Positions 27,866 through 36,415 of a DNA stretch of 64,000 nucleotides are shown piece by piece. A model generated the notes under the pieces. The model ran no database searches. It worked only from the letters and a program-made list of their open reading frames with translations, and had not been told where the DNA came from. Position 1 is the stretch's first letter, and every line of letters starts with the position of its first letter. The stretch spans positions 3,942 through 67,941 of the forward strand of contig JAXIOV010000034.1 in NCBI GenBank assembly GCA_045403245.1, in the 5' to 3' direction. The position numbers were made by a program, and so were the translations under genes. The stretch comes from Pyrinomonadaceae bacterium (GTDB lineage Bacteria; Acidobacteriota; Blastocatellia; Pyrinomonadales; Pyrinomonadaceae).

Positions 27866-28435
27866 TTAAAGAGCCCGGGCAGAGATTGAAAATCCTTTGC
27901 GGGCTGCATTCGTCCGCAGCCGTTGCGCCCATGAAGTTTCGACTTGAGCAGACTCTGATGCGGTCAGCGTGCGACTGCCCACTAGCTGGAACTCCGCATC
28001 CCGGTATCTCGCAACCAAAACTGAATCAACATAGTCGACCGACAGAGCGGGCAACTTGAGACGCTTTATCTCAGCTGCGTCGCGCTCGACATCGATTGCC
28101 AGCACAACCTTCAGAGCGGCGCCAACGGAGCAAATTCGCCGCAGGTTGATTAGCGCTGCCGCATTTGCTCCGGCGACAGTGGCAAGCAAACTTCCCCAGG
28201 GAAAGTTCACATGCAACTCGCCGGCGATACCGTCCAGTTCAGGCGGAAGACTCTCAACTGCCGATTGAACGAACAGGAGGTTTGGCAAACCACCCTTCGA
28301 CGGTTTTCGATATGTTTTTTCAGAGATTTTTTCGAGCGGGCGACGATTGGCGTCGATGCCGATGAAGAATTGGTCTGGCCTGGCGCCGGCCAAACGGTAG
28401 GGAAACAAGCCATCGCCAGTCCCCATATCAACCAC
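27866..28435 (-). CDS. Class I SAM methyltransferase resembling the KamB/NpmA 16S rRNA (A1408 N1) methyltransferase family; 5' end possibly truncated
   Basis: VDMGTGDG SAM loop, RKPSKGGLPNLLFVQSAVESLPPEL, FPWGSLL, and a C-terminal SWAQRLR...FSISARAL track the NpmA sequence as I remember it. The GTG start is only 4 codons before the SAM loop. Confidence 0.55.
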   Translation of the reverse strand: MVDMGTGDGLFPYRLAGARPDQFFIGIDANRRPLEKISEKTYRKPSKGGLPNLLFVQSAVESLPPELDGIAGELHVNFPWGSLLATVAGANAAALINLRRICSVGAALKVVLAIDVERDAAEIKRLKLPALSVDYVDSVLVARYRDAEFQLVGSRTLTASESAQVETSWAQRLRTNAARKGFSISARAL

Positions 28436-28525
28436 TACGTTGGTATAGGGCCTGACCAGATCTTCTAAAGCCGATCTATCTAGTCATCAATTAGTTTTAC
28501 CGCGAATTAAGGTCAACATGATTGT

Positions 28526-28560
28526 AGTCTCCAGTCTGGAGTCTGGAGTCTATAGTGTGT
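28526..28560. repeat. Tandem heptamer array, about 5 units of AGTCTGG
   Basis: agtctcc agtctgg agtctgg agtctat agtgtgt, in the spacer between the methyltransferase start and the yebC stop. Confidence 0.7.
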
Positions 28561-28622
28561 GGAGTCCGATCTCATACTCACTCTCAGTCTTCATCGACTG
28601 AGGACTCAGAACTTAGCACTTG

Positions 28623-29369
28623 TTACGAAGCCGCGGCCATGTCCGCTTCGCTGATGTCGAAGTTGGCAGAAACTTTTTGGACATCATCGTGATCCTCCAG
28701 AGCTTCCATCAACTTGAGCATCTGGCGGGCATCGGCACCTTCGAGTTTCTTGTATTCCTTCGCCACCATTTCTACCTCAGCGACCTGCGGCTCGACTCCA
28801 GCTTTCTTGACTGCTTCCAACACGCCGTCAAAGTCGGCTGGAGCGGTGATAATCTCAAAATTCTCACCATCGTCGCGCAGGTCCTCGGCGCCCGCATCCG
28901 TTACGACTTCGAATAACTCATCTTCCGATTTGGCCTCTTTGGAAACTGCGATATAACCTTTCTTCTCAAACATCCAGGCCACAGCTCCGGCAGCCGCCAG
29001 GTTGCCGCCATTCTTGGAAAAGATGTGCCTGATCTCCGCCACTGTCCGGTTGCGATTATCAGTTACCGATTCAATCAACAAGGCGACGCCGCCCGGACCG
29101 TATCCCTCGTAAGTAATCTCTTCGTAGTTGACGCCCTCTTCCTCGCCAGTGCCGCGTCGAATTGCTCGATCGATAGTGTCGTTGGGCATGTTGCCGCCCT
29201 TGGCGTCGAGGATGGCCTTGCGCAGGCGCGCGTTGCCGTCGGGATCACCACCGCCGGAACGCGCGGCGACCGTTATTTCCTTAATAAACTTGGTGAACAG
29301 TTTCCCGCGTTTGGCGTCGAGCGCGCCTTTTTTGTGTTTAATACTATGCCACTTCGAGTGTCCGGACAT
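28623..29369 (-). CDS. yebC: YebC/PmpR family DNA-binding transcriptional regulator
   Basis: [37 protein letters not shown] is the invariant family N-terminus, and the 248-aa length fits. Confidence 0.95.
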   Translation of the reverse strand: MSGHSKWHSIKHKKGALDAKRGKLFTKFIKEITVAARSGGGDPDGNARLRKAILDAKGGNMPNDTIDRAIRRGTGEEEGVNYEEITYEGYGPGGVALLIESVTDNRNRTVAEIRHIFSKNGGNLAAAGAVAWMFEKKGYIAVSKEAKSEDELFEVVTDAGAEDLRDDGENFEIITAPADFDGVLEAVKKAGVEPQVAEVEMVAKEYKKLEGADARQMLKLMEALEDHDDVQKVSANFDISEADMAAAS

Positions 29370-29530
29370 TTGGGTCTAGATCCTTAAAGAAGTTTAACTG
29401 GGGTTTGTGTTTAGGGACGAAAATATATCATAACAAAAGGCAGAGAACATCCAGCCCGGTCGAGCTGGTAGTGGGTCAGTACTTACTCGAAAACTTACTC
29501 ACGACCCGGTGGACCCACTCCCAGCGCAAG

Positions 29531-29836
29531 CTAACCCTTGGTTTCCTTCCTACTCAGCGCTTCAAGATCCAACGCGCTGATTCCAGAGACCTTTACTGTC
29601 TTGAGTTTGGAACTCTGACCGGAGGAAATTTCAACCGACCTTTTGGAGACTTTAAAAGCCGCCGCCAGCGTGCGCACGAGTTCCTGGTTGGCCGCCCCGT
29701 CCACCGGAGGCGCTGCGATTCTGACACGCAACGCGCCATTGTGTTCACCGGCAATTTCACTGCGTGAAGCGCGCGGCACCACGCGGACTTTGAAAACCAG
29801 CACTCCAGACTTTTCGGAGAAGGTGATCATTTTCAT
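29531..29836 (-). CDS. yggU: DUF167 (YggU) family protein
   Basis: FKVRVVPRASRSEIAGEHNGALRVRIAAPPVDGAANQELVRTLA is the family core. I prefer the ATG at 29836 (MKMITF); the ORF-track TTG at 29851 lies inside a heptamer array. Confidence 0.8.
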   Translation of the reverse strand: MKMITFSEKSGVLVFKVRVVPRASRSEIAGEHNGALRVRIAAPPVDGAANQELVRTLAAAFKVSKRSVEISSGQSSKLKTVKVSGISALDLEALSRKETKG

Positions 29837-29843
29837 AAGCCCA

Positions 29844-30162
29844 AGATCCAAAGTCCAATGTCCGGACCCCCAACGCTACCTGAGCCTTTCACAGCACAAC
29901 CGCCGTTTCTCCATTCAACACACCGAACCCTTGAATTGGTGGATTCAACTTCGAAGTGCAACACCAACGTTGCTGAAATATTTCGTTCTTCTGACTTGAA
30001 CTGTTTTTACCGGTCAAGTCAAAAATCCTCACGAAGGATACGACCAGGTTCGGTTGCCCTTCAAAGTTGAATCCACGATTGGCAATTGCAGCACACTTCT
30101 GAACGACGACGCGAATATCGTATCCTGAACCTCTGGTCATCCAGACATTGGACATTGGACTT
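29844..30162. repeat. About 320-nt non-coding element between yggT and yggU, bounded by inverted heptamer arrays and containing nested hairpins
   Basis: The left array is agatcca aagtcca atgtccg (29844-29864). The right array is cagacat tggacat tggactt (30142-30162), and the two share a 13-nt inverted match aagtccaatgtcc. Inner inverted repeat gtggattcaactt at 29939-29951 / 30064-30076. Inner 8-bp hairpin at 29992-29999 / 30014-30021. Confidence 0.7.
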
Positions 30163-30166
30163 CGAT

Positions 30167-30778
30167 TTACGTGAAGTAATAAATCGTCCAACCCTTAAGC
30201 AGTGTTCCGGCAATAGCCGACTGGAGCAACATCAGAATAATAAAAGCGACAATCGGCGAAATATCAAACATCCCGACCGTCGGTATCAACCTCCGCAGCG
30301 GGCCCAGCAATGGCTCGGTGATATGTACCAGAAATCGCATGATGCGATTTGAATAGCTGACCGTGCCCCACGAGAAGATAATGCGTATGAAAACAAGCAA
30401 GCTGAATAAACTAATCAGCCCGTAAAGAACGTAGCCGATCAGCGCAACTGGTGCATGTCTTTCAACGGCCACAAGAATCCCGGCCAGCGTATTCGCCAGA
30501 CCCGCAACCAGTTGGACCGCAAACCAGCCCAGGAGAATTGTGAGCAGGATGGTGACTAAGGGAGCATATTTAGGATCCACTCTCAACCGGATTAACCCAC
30601 GCCGCACCGGATCGATAAGCGGGTCGGTGAGACTACGAATCGTCCGCGAGCTCCAACCGAAAGGATTCAGGTCGGCCTGGTTGGCAATCAGCCGCAGAAT
30701 CATAGCGACGATTATCGCAACGATCAGTGTGATAACCGCCCAACTAACAAACCAATAGATCCGGTCAAGAATGATCAT
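30167..30778 (-). CDS. yggT: YggT family membrane protein (two YGGT repeats)
   Basis: 203 aa with four helices. LTDPLIDPVRRGL and ITEPLLGPLRRLIPTVGMFDISPIVAFIIL are the repeated YggT motifs. Confidence 0.8.
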   Translation of the reverse strand: MIILDRIYWFVSWAVITLIVAIIVAMILRLIANQADLNPFGWSSRTIRSLTDPLIDPVRRGLIRLRVDPKYAPLVTILLTILLGWFAVQLVAGLANTLAGILVAVERHAPVALIGYVLYGLISLFSLLVFIRIIFSWGTVSYSNRIMRFLVHITEPLLGPLRRLIPTVGMFDISPIVAFIILMLLQSAIAGTLLKGWTIYYFT

Positions 30779-30781
30779 AAG

Positions 30782-30829
30782 AGTCTGGAGTCTGGAGTCG
30801 GAGTCTGGAGTCTGAAGTCTGGAGTCGGA
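30782..30829. repeat. Tandem heptamer array, about 7 units of AGTCTGG
   Basis: agtctgg agtctgg agtcgg agtctgg agtctga agtctgg agtcgga, beginning 4 nt upstream of the yggT ATG. Confidence 0.85.
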
Positions 30830-30929
30830 AAGCTGGCCCCCAGAGTCCGAACATCAAGGTTGAGTCTAACGCAGAGTACTCCCAATTTGGGATTGGACCC
30901 CGATCTTGAAGCCTCAAATCGCCAACCTT

Positions 30930-30964
30930 GACTCCAGGCTCTAGACTCCAGACTCCAGACTCCT
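30930..30964. repeat. Tandem heptamer array, about 5 units of GACTCCA (inverse of the 30782 array)
   Basis: gactcca ggctcta gactcca gactcca gactcct. It overlaps the last codons and the stop codon of yggS. Confidence 0.8.
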
Positions 30965-31669
30965 TTTTCCAAATATCGCGGTTCCCACGCGAACCATCGT
31001 GGCGCCTTCTTCAACCGCAACTTCAAAGTCGTTAGTCATCCCCATCGAGAGCTCGCCTCTTCGATCGCCAAACACCCCCTGTCGCTCAAGTTCGTCCCTC
31101 AGGCCGCGCAGGGTCTTGAAATACGGACGCGCGCAGTCAGGGTCCTCAAAATACGGCGGCAGAGTCATCAAACCAATCAACCTTAGTCTCGGACATTCAG
31201 AGATTGCTTCGACCAGTTCCGGAACGTGAGTTGGATCAATTCCGGTCTTGGTCTCTTCCCCTCCGAGGTCAATCTGGATTAATACGGGTAGTTCCTGTCT
31301 CTCTTCCTCGGTGCACATTCGATCCAGGCGCCGCGCAAGATCAACGGAATCCAGAGAATGGAGGCAATCAAAGAGTTGAACTGCCTTGCGCGCCTTGTTT
31401 GCCTGGAGATGGCCAACCAGGTGCCATCGAACTCTGGAACGACCAACCTCGTGGATCTTGAACTCCGCCTCCTGAACGCGGTTCTCGCCCAGGTCATCAA
31501 TGCCGGCCTGGATCGCCGCTCTTAGTTTTTCGGGTGGATGAGTCTTGCTGATAGCGATTAGGGTGACGTCGTCTGCGGAACGGTTGGCACGAAGGGCGGC
31601 CCCGGCAACTCGTTGGCGAACGTTCTCGATTCGTTCACGCAAAGTCTGGTATTCGAATGCTTCCTGCAT
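30941..31669 (-). CDS. yggS: YggS family pyridoxal-phosphate homeostasis protein
   Basis: LIAISKTHPPEKLRAAIQAGIDDLGENRVQEA contains the PLP lysine, and ...MVRVGTAIFGKR is the family C-terminus. The final SLESGV plus stop is encoded by the heptamer array. Confidence 0.9.
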   Translation of the reverse strand: MQEAFEYQTLRERIENVRQRVAGAALRANRSADDVTLIAISKTHPPEKLRAAIQAGIDDLGENRVQEAEFKIHEVGRSRVRWHLVGHLQANKARKAVQLFDCLHSLDSVDLARRLDRMCTEEERQELPVLIQIDLGGEETKTGIDPTHVPELVEAISECPRLRLIGLMTLPPYFEDPDCARPYFKTLRGLRDELERQGVFGDRRGELSMGMTNDFEVAVEEGATMVRVGTAIFGKRSLESGV

Positions 31670-31986
31670 GGATCAACGACAATCGAATCGAAACAGAACT
31701 GTAAAGCTTTCAAACTTGATGTTATTCAGACTTACCTTATCAGATCAGTGCGGAGGTCGCACTTGCCTATTTGTTACCCAAACCGTGGACGATGGAGTTT
31801 CTTATCTACCCGATTTGGGGTGTCAACGTACGGCGACATTTGATTTTTTCTCAGAGGATTTGACGAAGGCGGATTGGCACGATGATTGTTGCAAAATTCG
31901 TCGCCCCCGGTCCTCAAATTGAAATCTTCGCAAAGGAACTCTAGCCATAGGTCCTGGGCCATATGGGTAGATTAGGAGGAGCTTGT

Positions 31987-32313
31987 ATGAAGAAGTCCAA
32001 ACGAAGGGGAACTTTTTTTTCGATTACCATCGTGGCTCTGTTGCTGACGATGATCATTCCGGTCACTGCTTTTGGCGATCGGCGCGGTCGCGGTCGCGGT
32101 CGTAACCTGGATGGTCGGAAGTGCGGCAAGTTCGTTAATTGCCACGATGCCCGTGATGGCCGTTGGGATGGTCGCGGTCCTCGCCGGCGCATCAGCGGCT
32201 CGAGTTTGCGTCGCAGGATTTGGAGAAACCGCAATTGGGATCGAGATGACGATTTTCGTCGTCGGCGAGTGAATCGCAGGGTGCTTCTCGATCGGCGATT
32301 TGACCGGCGGTAG
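31987..32313 (+). CDS. Secreted, extremely arginine-rich small protein of unknown function
   Basis: The ATG at 31987 is preceded by TAGGAGGA. Signal peptide MKKSKRRGTFFSITIVALLLTMIIPVTAFG. The mature part is dominated by R, D, G and N, with one C-x6-C pair. Confidence 0.55.
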   Translation: MKKSKRRGTFFSITIVALLLTMIIPVTAFGDRRGRGRGRNLDGRKCGKFVNCHDARDGRWDGRGPRRRISGSSLRRRIWRNRNWDRDDDFRRRRVNRRVLLDRRFDRR

Positions 32314-32382
32314 CAGGACCGCTGGCGATCGAGGCTATTTTTGGCGGTCTCGTTCTGAATCGAATGGAGTAGCGCATGCTGT

Positions 32383-32419
32383 AACCGCGAGTGGGCAGGT
32401 CCCGCCACTCGCGGTTTTT
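32383..32419 (+). terminator. Intrinsic terminator after the Arg-rich protein gene
   Basis: AACCGCGAGTGG (32383-32394) pairs with CCACTCGCGGTT (32405-32416) and runs into TTTTT. Confidence 0.65.
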
Positions 32420-32658
32420 GCACATACTCGCGTGTTCCTCGGTGAGCAAGAATCGTGAACTGGGTCGTTGCTCCGCACTCAACTCGCATGGCCGCGCAAA
32501 CCGTCAAGCTCGATTTCCCCCAACATTGAGCCATTCAAAGACCCGAACAGACTTGAACCCGGCGACAGTGACCCGGTCGCTACGGCTCCCGGTTCTGATA
32601 CAGAATTGACCTTGTTGACGCAAGCCTTCATTGCTTTGGAACCGATTTAACACCGCAT

Positions 32659-32690
32659 ATTACCCACGACCCGAATTACCCACGACCCGA
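32659..32690 (+). repeat. Perfect tandem duplication of a 16-mer just upstream of the tRNA-Leu promoter
   Basis: attacccacgacccga (32659-32674) is repeated exactly at 32675-32690. The -35 element starts at 32703. Confidence 0.8.
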
Positions 32691-32702
32691 CTTTCTCGTT
32701 TC

Positions 32703-32731
32703 TTGACACTCTCTCGACGCGTTCGCATAAT
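32703..32731 (+). promoter_or_regulatory. Sigma-70 type promoter of tRNA-Leu
   Basis: TTGACA (32703-32708), a 17-nt spacer and CATAAT (32726-32731). The mature tRNA 5' end is 14 nt downstream of the -10 element. Confidence 0.65.
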
Positions 32732-32744
32732 GCATTCACCGCAT

Positions 32745-32831
32745 GCGGATGTGGCGGAACTGGCAGACGCGCAGGTCTCAGAAGCCTGTGATGGTGACAT
32801 CGTGGAGGTTCAAGTCCTCTCATCCGCACCA
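32745..32831 (+). tRNA. tRNA-Leu (anticodon CAG), class II with a long variable arm and encoded CCA
   Basis: Folded by hand: 7-bp acceptor stem GCGGATG/CATCCGC, 3-bp D stem, anticodon stem CAGGT/GCCTG with loop CTCAGAA, 4-bp variable-arm stem, T arm GGAGG-TTCAAGT-CCTCT, discriminator A, CCA. Confidence 0.92.
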
Positions 32832-32845
32832 AATTTGGAAGTAAT

Positions 32846-32880
32846 AGCGAGCTGCTCAGAAGGCGCTCGCTTTTATTTTT
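32846..32880 (+). terminator. Intrinsic terminator after tRNA-Leu
   Basis: AGCGAGC (32846-32852) pairs with GCTCGCT (32865-32871), followed by TTTTATTTTT. Confidence 0.7.
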
Positions 32881-32999
32881 GTTGATTTTGGAACAAAGCG
32901 ACCCCGTTCAGCGTTGAAACGTGTGCTCCCCGCGCCCGCACCGGTAACGGTGTGGCTTTTCCATACTTAGTTCAGAACCAGATCCGAGGGGACCACTCA

Positions 33000-33389
33000 A
33001 TGAGAGCTGAACAAACCGAAACTATCGAACCAATTCGAAGCAGTCAGTTGCAGAATTCTTCAACTGTCGAGGTACCTCTCAAATTGAGAATAGCGGAGCG
33101 CCCGGAGCGAGACCGAGTTCAGCGTCTGCTTGATTTGGCCTACAGTATGCTCGGAGAGGCCGAAACGCTGGCGCGCGACAAGGCTTTTACTGACGTATCC
33201 CACCGGCTTGAAGCCATCGACCCCTCAGAGGGAGTCGACTTCTATGGCGAAGTGGAGCGTTTCGAGACTGGCTTGATCAAGCTGGCTCTTGACCACTCCG
33301 GAGGAAATCAGGCGAAGGCAGCCCGACTGCTGCACATCAAGCCAACCACGCTTTACTCCAAGATCAAGTTGTACGGTATTGAGTATTGA
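33000..33389 (+). CDS. Small Fis-family (HTH_8) DNA-binding protein
   Basis: The C-terminal LIKLALDHSGGNQAKAARLLHIKPTTLYSKIKLYGI is a Fis-type helix-turn-helix. I place the start at MRAEQTE (ATG 33000). Confidence 0.7.
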   Translation: MRAEQTETIEPIRSSQLQNSSTVEVPLKLRIAERPERDRVQRLLDLAYSMLGEAETLARDKAFTDVSHRLEAIDPSEGVDFYGEVERFETGLIKLALDHSGGNQAKAARLLHIKPTTLYSKIKLYGIEY

Positions 33390-33567
33390 AGTGGTAAGTG
33401 GCGCCCTTGTCGATGAGCTCGGCAGCTGACAATTTTTCAGATTCATCGACCACTCTCACTTGTCATTCGCTCGCCATTCGGGACTGGCTGGTCTTGATAG
33501 AGCGAAAGTTTGACAAATGACTGGTTGACATTGCCTGGGCCCTGCCCGTGCGATCCGCAGGTTCTAA

Positions 33568-34005
33568 CTAATTCACCGCCTCCGAGGAATTGTCCGTTTG
33601 TGCCTGACGTCCATCCGTCACGATTAACTGCTGCTCATCAAACAGGTTGGAATCGACCAGCGTCTGCACCCAGTAGTTTCCCACCGTCGGGAATGTGACA
33701 TTCACAAAGAAACTAATGTTGTCGGCAAATCCGCCTGGCGCGATCACAAAGCTGGTGGGTTGAGAGACAACTATCGGGTGCTGGCGATCCGGCGTCAGAA
33801 TTCTGACTTCCGAGAGATGTGTCCCTTCGCCCCGCCAATGATTGACGACGGCAAACTTAATCAACGAAACGGGCAGTTGCTCGACCAGCATGTTCTGAAA
33901 CACTCCCATGAACGACAGTTTGTTACCGGCTTCGAGGCGGACGTCGTCGCAAAAAAGCGTATACATGAGTTCAAGATTATTCTTCTTATTTTCCGGTAAT
34001 GCCAT
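33568..34005 (-). CDS. Cytoplasmic protein of unknown function
   Basis: 145-aa beta-rich ORF (LFCDDVRLEAGNKLSFMGVFQNMLVEQLP...). No family assigned with confidence. Confidence 0.55.
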   Translation of the reverse strand: MALPENKKNNLELMYTLFCDDVRLEAGNKLSFMGVFQNMLVEQLPVSLIKFAVVNHWRGEGTHLSEVRILTPDRQHPIVVSQPTSFVIAPGGFADNISFFVNVTFPTVGNYWVQTLVDSNLFDEQQLIVTDGRQAQTDNSSEAVN

Positions 34006-34060
34006 TTTGTCTCCTTCAACGAATGCCCGCTTGAATCCGGAGCTGTATCTTACGCCCTCC

Positions 34061-34103
34061 CTGACGGTCGGGCTACTGCCCGCTTGACGGCCGGGCTATT
34101 GCC
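34061..34103. repeat. Imperfect tandem duplication of a roughly 20-nt GC-rich unit
   Basis: ctgacggtcgggctactgcc (34061-80) is followed by ttgacggccgggctattgcc (34084-103), downstream of the ligA stop. Confidence 0.6.
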
Positions 34104-34122
34104 GCTGGCGACAGGTTGCGCC

Positions 34123-36156
<2,034 letters not shown>

Positions 36157-36173
36157 TTACGAATTGAGCGCAG

Positions 36174-36382
36174 CCCGCGTAGCGGGGCGGAAGCGTAAAG
36201 CCTGGTGGAGCGTATCGAAACCCCAGGGCAAAAGCGTAGAAATCTTTTCAGCCCGCGGAGTGGGCGAAAGCCTCACCGAATAGGCTGTCACCCGCTCGCG
36301 GGGTGTGGTCACATCCAACCAACGGTTCCTGGGATTTCGCTGCGCTCCACTCCAGGCTTTAAGCTGCCACCCGCTGCGCGGG
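36174..36382. repeat. Cluster of four CCCGC-N3/4-GCGGG hairpins in the ligA upstream spacer
   Basis: cccgc gta gcggg (36174-86), gcccgcggagtgggc (about 36251), cccg ctcg cggg (36291-302) and cccgc tgc gcggg (36370-82). Confidence 0.55.
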
Positions 36383-36415
36383 CTCAGAGTTTTGACCGTC
36401 AGACTCTCTCGACTG

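Noticed and set aside
31941-32534. 197-aa minus-strand ORF opposite the Arg-rich protein gene.
   Set aside because: It is the antisense of a CGN-rich coding region, so it is itself Arg/Ser/Pro-rich. It has no RBS and it runs through the intrinsic terminator hairpin.
32631-32885. ORFs 32631-32885 (+) and 32647-32832 (-) in the ORF track.
   Set aside because: They overlap a hand-folded canonical tRNA-Leu together with its promoter and terminator, and their translations have no protein-like features.
32420-33000. tRNA-Leu as an integration site for a genomic island or prophage.
   Set aside because: No integrase or excisionase is nearby, no direct repeat of the tRNA 3' end was found downstream, and the flanking genes look like backbone.
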